Positions 11,601-22,600 of a stretch of DNA of 42,180 nucleotides are shown piece after piece. Numbering within the stretch: the stretch's first letter is position 1; each line of letters opens with the position of its first letter. A program made the translations under genes and the position numbers. The DNA lies in contig NC_068982.1 in the NCBI RefSeq assembly GCF_001194135.2, forward strand, positions 123,288,779-123,330,958. Reading direction: 5' to 3'. This DNA is from Octopus bimaculoides (Eukaryota). The notes beneath the pieces are model-generated. The model ran no database searches. It saw only the letters and a program-made list of their open reading frames with translations, and was not told where the DNA came from.

Positions 11601-12327
11601 AGACTGGAATACTTTATTTCATTTGAAATTACAAGTAAGTAAAAACGATAAATAATGATGCCATTGTTTTATTCTTATAGTTATATTTGTTTGGCCATTG
11701 ATCGTATCGTTATTTTCATTTGAAAATACATAAATTTGTAAATAAATAATCAGCACACAGTCAACTAGAACCGGAATATGAAAAAGATAAAGAAAGAATC
11801 CGTTTATATCAAGATGGCAATGACTGTCTGTTTTTAAAAAGTGTTCTAACTAAATTAACTAAGTGTAATGCAGTGTGTCCATATGTGTAGCTGAGAGGAC
11901 ATTTTCGTCAACCATTTCCGTCTGTTATTCAACTTAGCAAAAAAGTAATCACTGTTTCGTGGTTTCTTGATGGAAATTATGAACATAATAAATATTGATT
12001 ATTTTTTCTCATTATATGGAGGGTCTATTGATCATGGGGAAAGGCTAGAGTTAACTGAATAGATTCCGATATTTATTTTATCGAAATAATAAATATCTTT
12101 TCATTGGTAAATCCAGCTGAATGTTGAATTAACTGATAATAGTCGTCTACTGAATGAGCTGTTGCAATAGAAGTAATCATCAAGTTATAGATGTTATAAG
12201 TAAAGACAAATTTCTCGTGAAAGAGAAAGAATAAATCCATTCGTAGAATCTGTCGGTAGTATTATTAATAGATAATAAATATAAATAAACGACTGAATGA
12301 ATCTGAAGCATTAAGCTATCTTTAGAC

Positions 12328-12369
<42 letters not shown>

Positions 12370-12489
12370 GAGAGAGAGAGAGAGAGAGCACATCTTAATT
12401 TGTTTGAAACAATTGTGAGTTTGAAATATCTTGACGAATGAGAAACCATTTTAGACTTTAAGATGGTAGATTTCAAAGTGTAGTAACAT

Positions 12490-13155
12490 CTATTTTTCAA
12501 GATCTGACAAATGAATTTTTCCAGATGGTTCCAATCTTGTTACTGTTGGAGACAAATAACCACTGTAACGATTTCGAAATCTGCTCGTGAATACTCTTCC
12601 CGATCGTTTCCTTTCATCAACAGCTGGAGCCGCAACCATTTGTTCAGCTTCTCTTTTTGAGACCAACTTGTCTAATCGCCTTTCTAACTGGAATGCTTTA
12701 TACTGTCTTAGAAATTCCGGCAGTAAAGACCTTTCGTAATCTGCCGACATTGTTGATGTTGTAGGCTCGTAGTCTTTCTTCAATAACATGTATCGGTAAC
12801 GATTGGCAAACGCACTCTCTGGTGAGACAGCTAAGCCGTCGTTTCGATTAAGTACAACATTACCACTTCGTATGTAGAGCTTCAAGAGCTCCATCACTTC
12901 CCCTTGACAATGATCGTTGTCTCTCAGACATTTTTCACAAAGCATGAGCGCTTGAGGCTGGATGCAACACTTTGATACAAGTGGTTGCAAAGTTTTTGGC
13001 AGCTTGAAACACGACGAACATATGACTTCTTTCACTGAATTGGCTGGGCAGCCTTGTCTGCCTTCCGAAACTCCGACGAATACAAGCTGAATTGTAAAGC
13101 TCAGAATAAGGATATTGATTAATGTACCACCAACAAGACTATATTTAGCAGCCAT
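12490..13155 (-). CDS. Secreted cysteine-rich neuropeptide/prohormone-like precursor (221 aa, one coding exon)
   Basis: Uninterrupted, non-repetitive ORF ending in TAG. Hydrophobic N-terminus (LINILILSFTIQLVFVGVSEG) fits a signal peptide cleaved near G32/R33. All 8 Cys fall in aa 36-83 (C-x9-C-x2-C-x13-CC-x8-C-x2-C-x6-C). KK126, RR159, KR167 and RKR182 are convertase-type sites. A polypyrimidine tract plus TAG acceptor directly precedes the ATG. Confidence 0.85.
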   Translation of the reverse strand: MAAKYSLVGGTLINILILSFTIQLVFVGVSEGRQGCPANSVKEVICSSCFKLPKTLQPLVSKCCIQPQALMLCEKCLRDNDHCQGEVMELLKLYIRSGNVVLNRNDGLAVSPESAFANRYRYMLLKKDYEPTTSTMSADYERSLLPEFLRQYKAFQLERRLDKLVSKREAEQMVAAPAVDERKRSGRVFTSRFRNRYSGYLSPTVTRLEPSGKIHLSDLEK

Positions 13156-13185
13156 CTAAAAAAAAAAGAAAGAAAGAAAACAAGA
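13156..13185 (-). promoter_or_regulatory. 3' splice acceptor of the intron upstream of the precursor ATG
   Basis: Minus strand reads cttgttttctttctttctttttttttttag|ATGGCT: a long polypyrimidine tract plus AG abutting the start codon. Confidence 0.8.
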
Positions 13186-13380
13186 TGTACAGAATGTAAC
13201 GACAATATTTTATGTGGCTGTTGTTAAAAAATTGAATAATTATTTATGTACAAAGCTAGACATTTTATGAGGTTGAGGAACCAAGTTGCTTGTTTGTCAT
13301 TCTCAAGAGTATTCAAAAATAATTAATAGTATGCAATTTCAAAAATATTTTCTGTTTTCAATATTTCAATAAAAAAAAAT

Positions 13381-13596
13381 GTGGTGGTGAACTGGTGAAG
13401 TCGTTAGTACGTCGGGCAAAATGCTTAGCGAATTTCGAACGTCTTTACGTTCTGAGTTCAAATTCCGCCGCGGTCAACTTTGTCTTTCATCCTTTCGGAG
13501 TCGATAAAATAAATACCAGTTAAGCAGTGGGGTTAATGTAATCGACTTACCCAGCCACCGAAATTATTAGCTTTGTGTCAAAATTTGAAATCAATA
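13381..13596 (+). mobile_element. SINE family A copy inside the precursor's upstream intron
   Basis: gttagtacgtcgggcaaaatgcttagcg...gttctgagttcaaattccgcc...ctttcatcctttcggagtcgataaaat. Confidence 0.85.
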
Positions 13597-13939
13597 TTTC
13601 AATCTAAAACGGTACCTGCAATAGAGGAATAGGTAGGCTTCTGGAAAACCAACGCTGTAATGCAGTCTCACATTCCTACAGAAATGATTTTCCCTTCTCA
13701 GAAAAAGGAAGGAAAAAACTGTTCTACGTCCCATGCGCCTACAGACAGAATAGAATGTATTCAATATTGTTGAGTGAAAGAGTTCTTATTTCATGAAATC
13801 GATATTTATAGAATGACCGATTCCTTTATTAAATACACTTCAGATTCGGAACCCAACATTCTGGTAAGTATTTAGGAAACGTGTTGATAATTTTGTAAAT
13901 GTAGATATTCATATATACATACATACATACATATGTATT

Positions 13940-14163
13940 TATGAGGGAATACTGAAAAGTTCATGGCTTTAAAGGTATCGTGAAATGTCTGGTTGGAGGC
14001 TCAACCTTTCGAGTTCTTTTACAGGACTTAGAAAAACTGAATGTCCACAGCAATAAGTGTGTGAATCTCAGAGGGAAATATGTTCAATAAAATCATAATT
14101 AATTGATCCTCCTATATTTTCTTTAAGACAAAGCCAGGAACTTTTTAGCTCGCCGCCCTCGTG
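13940..14163 (+). mobile_element. Mariner-derived MITE (internal-deletion derivative)
   Basis: TIR-like ends tatgaggg..aaaagttcatggcttt / aaagccaggaactttt..ccctcgtg. The interior retains KCVNLRG.YVQ* (mariner C-terminus). Confidence 0.7.
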
Positions 14164-15288
14164 TGTATATATATATAGATATATCTTTTGCTTGTTTCAG
14201 TCATTAGACTGCAACCATGCTGGGTACCACCTTGAAGAATTTTAGTCGAACGAATCGACCCCAGTACTTTTTAATGCTTAGTACTTTATTCTGTTACTAT
14301 ATTTATCCAAGGCTATGGCTACTAAGTAAGAATAGAACTGAAATGACAAATATTTCGTTGCCTAACAGTTAACCTTACTAATGAATTACTCAGTGTCTCC
14401 AGGATCCATAAAGGTTATAGGATTTACCATATTATAGTCAGCGATTGCAGGTGGTATTTTTTTTTTACCATTTAGTCAGAAAGAAAAGCAACACATGTAA
14501 CCCTTTCTTGGATTTCGAGATTGGTGGGAGGAAAGGAGAAAGGTATCCTCAAACCGGAGACCTAACCTGATTGTTTGTAACAGAGTGAACTTCACTAAAG
14601 GGAACTAAGTACTAATTAGTGGGATTAAACAGGACAAAAGATTAAGCTTTCCACACAAGAAGGCCACAGCAGAATTTGTACTCAGAACGTAGAGAACCGG
14701 GACATACAATGCAAGGCATCTCACCTAATGCTCTTGCGTTTTTCACCAGTCATCCCTCTAGAGAGGTACTTTATAGTTTCCAATTTCACCTGGATTAAAA
14801 TCTTTGCCCACTTTTTTTAAAAGAAGCAATGATTCATTGAATAATGTAATCGTTGATACACCATATCTTGTAAAAAAAATATATTTGATCATAAGATTTG
14901 TTGGATCAAAGATGAGGCTAAACGACGGCGACAATAACAACAACATCGACAACCTTTGCTAAATGAATATCTTTAGTCCTTGATACATTTTTGTATTATA
15001 CCATCTGTCTAATGCTTCTACTGCTAATAAAGATCAGCCTTGTGACTATGTTAGGAATCACGTTCTTTTAAAATTCTTTTTTTTACTTCAGTTTTTGGCG
15101 TCGGCCAGGCTCAGTCACGATCACTGAGTGTCTTTAGTCGTTTGTAACAACCCTAGTATTTAACCTGATACTTGTTTGATCGATTTTGCAAAGGACGAAA
15201 AGCAAAGCTAATTTGCGTAAAAATGAAAGTTAATAAGATAGAATTAAGTATCAAAGCATTTTTCTTCAGCAAACTGATTCTGCCACAT

Positions 15289-15389
<101 letters not shown>

Positions 15390-17075
15390 ATATGTATAGG
15401 TGTAGGAAATGGGGACGGTAAATCCCTACATATATTTCCAAAAATAAGCTGAACATAAGCTATATAACTTAAAGGTTAACACATATATTTAGCTTGACTT
15501 TACTTCAAGTATTTTACCTACAGTTTACAAGTTCATTGCGACAATCACTTGTAAAGCTACCAGAAAAAAAGTCCAGCTCAATATGTTACACCTTAAAGTT
15601 ACGTAACACCTGTTCAACTTTTCTTGGAAACGTATGTCGTGCTTTGTACGTATTTACCTTCTCCATTTCCTACAACTATCAATTTATAATTGCATAATTT
15701 GTCATTTTCATTGCTAAACCATGCGTTGTATAATTGCAGTCTTCTGATCGAAATTTCCATTAAATTCGATATGAGACGAAGTATGTAACACACGTTGATG
15801 AATAAACGTTGTTGATCAAGTATTATCTGCTTTAGGACATCTATATAACCGTGTATATGCTTGATATTAACTAACTGCCTGTACCAAGATCCTTTTGGAC
15901 TGTACCACTCTCTCCTTCTCTCTCTCTCTATATATATATGCATAGATGTGTGCGTGTGTGTGTGGGGGGGGCGTGTACACACTCATACATGGAGGCTAGC
16001 GTGCAGTTTCCAGCTAACAAGTTTTACTGAAGTTGATTGGGTCGAACCGAGGGTATAGCAAAAGACAGTTTCCGAAAATACCATGCAGTGAGAACAAACA
16101 GGTATGTCGTGGATGCTTACCAACCTTTCAACCATTCCCAGTTAAGTATTCCATGTGATTTTAGGTAATTCTCTCATAAATATTGCCAGCACATTTTAGA
16201 AATTAATTGATAACTAAATCTTCCTTAAATCTCTCTCGACCATCTTAAAAGACGACGAAGACATTGAAAAATTTGTTCATGGATACAGGTGGACAGTGAA
16301 AGTAAAGATGCGATGGTCACAGCTTGTATGTTGTTGACGATAGATCTGCTCGATCAGGGTTAACCTGCGTTTAAACAATAATCACGAAATATGTAATCAT
16401 CACATGTCGATCTGAGGAACCTATATTCTGTTGCCAATATTATTACATATGCTAGAGAGGATATGAAATCTAATTTTGATATCGAAATTTAGATTAGCAT
16501 ACGTTGGTGTCTAGGAAATAATACTATATGCCATATCGCTTTATAATATTAATCATAATATCTCACTTATTTCAGGTGTTCTAATGAGAAACATCTTAGA
16601 TAAAGTATCATTTGAGATTTCATCTGAAATTTTATTTCCATCCTGACAGGCTTTAACCGAGACACTAACTGTAAGCAACAAAAATATAAATTATTTTGTT
16701 AGCAATCTTGCCAACAGACAAACTGGCTTACATTCTCTCAGCAAAACATGATCTAGTGGGAACGGCTACTAAAATACCAGAGATCTTGTTGAAGACTGGC
16801 AATATACAATGAAGATCATTCTTGCAGAATAACAGATCTATTCATTCTTAATGTATTCTGTCAGATTCGAACGTGAATGTCTGATTGCTAGTGTTTTTCA
16901 TCATCGGAGAATATCTCTTTCTTTCAGACGATGTGTTTTGATAACGCGCAATTCCCCTCAGTCAGGGAGCTAACTGTGTGGCTCCTCAGTCAATGTTACT
17001 TCTGCTACATCTGATCTCTTATCAACGGTAATAGAATATCCCCCCGAACATTTCATCATCCGTTTGATACACTAC

Positions 17076-17700
17076 CTAAAGCATTGAGAAAGCTGCAGTT
17101 ACTCTATCCAGATTATAAGTTCACATTTATACCTGTAATTATTGGGGCCCTGGGATATGTAACACACTACCTAAATACAAATCTTGATAAATTAGGTTTC
17201 TCAAAACCAGAAAGGAGAAAGCTTATTCGAAGACTACAGGTCCAATCCATCACTGAAACTGTAAAAATCTGTTAAACTTTCCGGAAGTTTATCATTTAAA
17301 TATAAATGAGCATGTTTAGATATGCGACTATATGCATGAGAATACATACATTAAAAAAACATACAAATCTGCACATATACACACATACATACATACATAC
17401 ATGCATGCATACATGCATGCATACATACATACATACATGCATACATACATACATACAAACAAAAATACCCTGATGTTGGTGTTGCAATTCCAATGAAGGA
17501 ACCTTGGATCTAAGTTAGAGAGCGGCTCTTTCTCTATTGGCAAGAAATCTTGAAATAAAACTGAACAATGATAAACATAAAGCATACATACATACATAAT
17601 ACATACATACATACATACATGAATATATGCACACACTTGGGTGTATGCATTGGCAATTCAACCAACACACCAAACTCAACCATTTATTTACAAACATCTG
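17076..17700 (+). mobile_element. 3' end of an R4/Dong-like RLE LINE with (TACA)n-rich tail
   Basis: LRKLQLLYPDYKFTFIPVIIGALGYV..L...L.KLGF...IRRLQ...I..TVKIC is an RLE C-terminus (P.IIGALG motif). It is followed by a UTR interspersed with TACA arrays. Confidence 0.7.
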
Positions 17701-18115
17701 GAACTCTCTTAACTCAAAATGTCTTGTCGCTTTGTTAGCGACCGACTTAAACTCTCTTAAGAAGATTCTTCAATAAAACTCAAAGAAAAATCATGCATAC
17801 ATATGTACGTACGAACGTATGTATGTATGTTATGTATGTATGTATGTATGTATGTATGTATGTATACATGTATGTATGTATGCATGTATGTATGTATGTA
17901 TGTATGTGTGTATCAGCTAACAGCCGATGGTTGTTTGAGGTGGATATTTCTTAATGATGAAGCTATCAAGAAGAAATCTACATCTCGCAATTTCACCACC
18001 AATGTTGGGTAATCTTCACTGCTACTAATGGTTTTCTGTGTTTTTAACACGATACGGCAATAAGAGATACTTTCTCAAGACAAACACTGCAGTTTAATTG
18101 GCTTTCAACATATAG

Positions 18116-18157
<42 letters not shown>

Positions 18158-18659
18158 AAGAGAGAGAAGATCAATACAGAAGATTTGATACGACGCAATA
18201 TTTAATTTATCACCAAGAAAGCAAGTTTGTCATAGTTAATAGTGATGGATTTGAACCGGAATATATCTGAGAACACAACTGGTATTATTACCACTACTAC
18301 AATGACTGGTTTCACAGTTATTATTTTTTTTGTTATTGTGGTTGATGTTATTGTTGACGTTAGCTCGATATCAAATTTATCACCAGGAACTAACACCGCT
18401 GTGGTTTATTGCGTATGTTGTAATAATGAAGTCTCACAGGGAGGTTTAGTCAGATAAGGCCTAAGTCTAAATAACACTGACAATAGTCGTTGACGAAACT
18501 GCAGATATGTATGTATGTATGTATATATGTATGTCTATATGCATGTATGTACGTGTATTTATGTATGTGTATGTGTGTGTATGTATATATATACACACAC
18601 ATATATATATACATATATACATATACATATATATATACATGTATATACATATATATATG

Positions 18660-18754
<95 letters not shown>

Positions 18755-19176
18755 GCGCGTGCGTACACACACACACTTCTAAAGCTGCAGTTGTTATCTG
18801 TAAAAAGAAAGCCAGAAAAATGCAGGCGGTGTGCTGCTTATTCAAGGAAATTATAAGAAACCCAAAATGGCTGATTTTCTTTCTCTTTTTTTTCCATAAT
18901 TAATCTATTTTCATACATAACAATAATGCTGACAGTTTGAGAAATATGATTATAGCCTAAAATATTCCTTTCTACTCTTCCCTGAAATATTAGAAAGTAG
19001 TACCTAGCTCTCCCCTATTAAATTCGTGTAGTTCACTGTTGCTTCAGCTATGTTCTTTCTCCCTTTCTTCTCTGTCATTCGCTTTCTCTATCTTTCTCTT
19101 TTTGCTTTGTAGTCTTTGTCGCTTGCACACTTTTTTATTCCTATTTTTCTTTTTTTTTTTCTTCCTTTTGTTATTG

Positions 19177-19340
19177 CATGATTGTGTGGTTAAGAAGCTC
19201 GGTCTGTAACTACGTGGTTTCGAGTTTCAGTCCCACCACCCGGCACATTAGGCAACTATTTTCTACACTAGACCCGGGCCAACTAATGCTTTAGGAAAGA
19301 ATTTGTTCGACGGAAACTGTGTGGACGCCATTCGTGTGTA

Positions 19341-19390
<50 letters not shown>

Positions 19391-19615
19391 ATATATGTGT
19401 ATATACGTGTGTGTGTGTGTGTGTATGCTGTATATATGTGTATATACGTGTGTGTGTGTATATATATCTCGTGGTCATGACTGACCACGGGATTGTACCT
19501 AGAAAGTTACTCTCCCTGGCACAAGTCCGGGCAAGGTTGTTTATGGAAGACCAGCAGTCACCCATGCATACCGGCCTTTCCTCTCCACGCCACCAGTGTT
19601 ATCCAACTCATTTCT
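19177..19615 (+). mobile_element. Diverged family-B-like SINE split by (TG)n/(TA)n arrays
   Basis: Head tgattgtgtggttaagaagc...ttcagtcccacc, then gacggaaactgtgtggacgccattcg, a microsatellite, and a 3' module. Confidence 0.6.
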
Positions 19616-19702
19616 ACATCTGAGTGAACTGGAGCAACGTGAGATAAAGTGTCTTGCTCAAGAACACAACACGTTCTAACCACTGAGCCATGCGCCTTCA
19701 CG
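19616..19702 (-). mobile_element. tRNA-derived SINE head (family D) with internal deletion
   Basis: Minus strand gtgaaggcgcatggctcagtggttagaacg (A-box TGGCTCAGTGG) joins directly to gtgttcttgagcaagacactt; the B-box is missing. Confidence 0.6.
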
Positions 19703-19879
19703 TGTATATATATACATTATTCAAAAGAATTCCAACTCTGTCTGTTTTTTATGTTTTATTTATATTCTTATAAAATTAATGTGGGATATAGAATATGGAA
19801 TATATAGTATATATAGTAAAAGGAAATGAAGTATTGCATGTCTTATTGAATAAATGAAATATTGAATATTAAATATATA

Positions 19880-19970
<91 letters not shown>

Positions 19971-20451
19971 TTGTTTGTGTGTATGTGTGCGTGTGCGTGT
20001 GTATGTGTACATGTATGTGTATATATGTGTGTGTTTGTGTGTGTGTGAGAGAGAGAGAGAGAGAAGAATACTTTGTACTTGTATTTGTACCCCTACACCT
20101 CCTGACAACCGGTGTTGATTCGATTACGCCACCATTACTTCGTTGCTCAGCAAAAACGGCCAGAGTAAGTACCGGAGTCGATATGTTCAACTAAACCCTT
20201 AAAGACGGTGCTCCAGCATGACAGCAGTTCAATGACTGAAACAAGTGGAAGACAAAAGGATTACACATACGCCCGCACCTGCACACATGCCCACTCACTC
20301 ACCCAAATTTACACACAAAGGTTCCACCGAAAGTAATGCAAAAGTAAGCATGACATTTTAACTGCCACACGTCGTTCAAATAGCACATTGCTGGTAGAGT
20401 AACTCTTCCTTTCCCATAAGTCTTCTTGGTCTACTTCATTGCAGAGAAATA

Positions 20452-20619
20452 CGAATGGCGTAGTTAGAGCGTGTACCGCCCAGGAAAGCCCTTGAGTTTG
20501 TCACTCTCACGCCCCCCACCTCAAGCCTATACAAGCTTATACGGTAGACCCACAAGTGCCGCTCCCATAAAAGCATCGTCAGGAATGGACCGTTCCCTCC
20601 CCACCTAGCTATGCTACTG
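20452..20619. mobile_element. hAT-type MITE nested in the mariner 5' region
   Basis: Ends c.gaatggcgtagttag / ctagctatgctactg resemble a CAGTGGCGTAGCTAG TIR. Flanks gagaaata / ggaaaata are an imperfect 8-bp TSD (6/8). Confidence 0.6.
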
Positions 20620-20902
20620 GGAAAATAATGGGTTTCAAGTAAGAGCAACGCGCCGTCGTTGAGTTATTGACGAAGGAGGGTTGCAGGCTGTACGACATCC
20701 ACAGGAGGCAACAAATAATTTACGGAGAGGATTCCATTGACAAGAGCAATGTGCACAGATGGATGAAGCTTAAAGAAGAGAAAATCAGCATTGAAGACAA
20801 ACCACGCAGCGATTGGTGATGGAAGCTATGGTGACTGCTATTTGGGAATGACAAGGGTGTCATTCTCTTTGATTTTCTGGGTTGTGACTGTACCGTGAAC
20901 AG

Positions 20903-21054
20903 CAGGGTTGGTCCTAGGGTTGTTGGTGCCCCGGGCGAGCTGAATTCTGGCGGTCGTGGAAATTTCCTTGTTTTTGTCCCGCTCTCCTTGGTGCCCCCTA
21001 GCACATGGAGCCCCAGGCGACCTCCCGAATTGCTAGTACCTTGAGCCGGCCCTG
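20903..21054. mobile_element. hAT-type MITE nested in the mariner transposase
   Basis: Perfect 8-bp TSD GTGAACAG (20895-20902 and 21055-21062) and TIRs cagggttggt / gccggccctg. Removing it restores TVNSERYIEIL. Confidence 0.9.
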
Positions 21055-21634
21055 GTGAACAGCGAGCGGTACATTGAGATACTAAAAGAAGCTTAGAAAA
21101 GCCATTAGAAGAAAGAGACCAAAACAAGAATCTGAAAGCGATCCACATTCACGATAACAATGAACCACTACACACATTTTTGTCAACAAAGCAGCCATTC
21201 GCCAAATTAGGCGGGTTTGTGATTTTCTCCATCGTACAACCAGGATCTGGCAACCTCCGACTTACACCTGTTTTTGCTCAATGAAGGTGAGTCTTCGGGG
21301 ACAGCGATTTGGTGACACAGACGGGGTGAAAACGGACTGTGAAAAAGTGTGTGCAAAAGTCCACATCTGAATTTTTTCTTAGAGGATTCAAGACTTGAGT
21401 TCAACGATGGCGCAAATGCATCGCTTGTTATGGAGACTATGTTGAGTAGTACCTTTGCAGAGGAGAAGAGTTGCTCTGCCAACATGTGCAATTCGAACGC
21501 GATATGTCAATTAATAAAGACGTTGTGGGCACATTTGCCTTACTTTCGAAACAACCATCGTTTGTGTGTGTGTGATAATTCGATTTTAACGGTGGATCTC
21601 GAAGTACACAAATCTATAAATAACCCTTTCTATT

Positions 21635-21820
21635 ATAGGCAGAAAGCCTGAAGTTTGAGGGGAGGGGCAAAGTCGATTACATCGATGCCAGTGTGTAACT
21701 GGTACTTATTTCATTGACCTCGAAAGGATGAAAGGCGAAGTCGACTTCGTAAGAATATGAACTCAGAACGTAAAAACGGACGAAATTTTGCCCGGTGCGG
21801 TAACAATTCTACCAGCTCAC
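21635..21820 (-). mobile_element. SINE family A copy
   Basis: gtcgattacatcga...gaaaggatgaaaggcgaagtcgac...gaactcagaacg. Confidence 0.8.
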
Positions 21821-21824
21821 GACT

Positions 21825-21972
21825 TTGATAAATCTATAAACAATAGCGTATAAATATTCGATAGAAAAGTCGAAGACTGCTGTGGTTCGAATCCCACAGT
21901 CAGCCTCGACTTTTCCGACCCAAAGAGTTTTTTTCCCCAGTATTCACACGCTATTATTTATTGATTTATCAA
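21825..21972. repeat. Palindromic (foldback/MITE-like) element
   Basis: Outer arms ttgataaatctataaacaatagcg / cgctattatttattgatttatcaa. Inner arms gaaaagtcga / tcgacttttc and ctgtgg / ccacag surround ttcgaatc. Confidence 0.7.
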
Positions 21973-22005
21973 CTTCGAGTTCCACTGTCAAAATCGAATT
22001 TATAT

Positions 22006-22040
<35 letters not shown>

Positions 22041-22155
22041 AAGATATTATTATTATTATTATTAACAATAACAATAATATGAGTGGCCAGCAAGCGTTAA
22101 AGCCAAGAAGGCAAATTCATAAATTTATAAATTTATTAATTAATAATGAATTATG

Positions 22156-22209
<54 letters not shown>

Positions 22210-22384
22210 TGTGTGTGTGTGTGTGTGTGCGCGCGCGCGCGTGTGTGTATGTGTGTGCGTGCATGTGTGTGTGCAAATAAACGATTAAAAAACAGGAAAA
22301 CCAAACAAAAGTCAATTAGACGTACACATTGAATATAATTAGATTGATGCTTGGTGAAATTTTTTGAAAAATAGGTGTGGAAAT

Positions 22385-22600
22385 GACGTTTCGAGTATGG
22401 CTCTTCATCGGAAAGAGGAAAACGTCCAGAGAGGAGGAAAGGAAGGATGGAGCAGATAGTCTGGAGAAGAGCACATGTGTCATTGGAGAGAGGGTGAGAG
22501 GGAGAGAGAAGGCGAGGGAAAGAAGAGGAGAAGGCTAAGGGGAGAGAGAGAGGGGGAGCAAGAGAAGAGTCTTTTTCATTTACTCTTCTTTCCACTAATT
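22385..22600 (-). mobile_element. Penelope-like pseudo-LTR remnant with hammerhead-like core
   Basis: Pyrimidine-rich minus strand ending CCGATGA-a-GAG-ccata-CTC-GAAACGTC. Confidence 0.55.

Larger units (their letters stand above)
20315..21561 (+). mobile_element. Tc1/mariner (mariner-type) transposon relic
   Basis: Degenerate TIRs at 20315-20344 and 21532-21561 (ggtt....cgaaagtaa.gcaaa.g). Translated fragments: EQRAVVELLTKEG, IYGEDSIDKSNVHRW, IEDKPRS, KGVILFDFL, TVNSERYIEIL, HDN, YNQDLATSDLHLF. The first catalytic-D region is deleted. Confidence 0.85.

Noticed and set aside
20720-21148. 142-aa minus-strand ORF
   Set aside because: It is an antisense read-through across the mariner and the GC-rich nested MITE.
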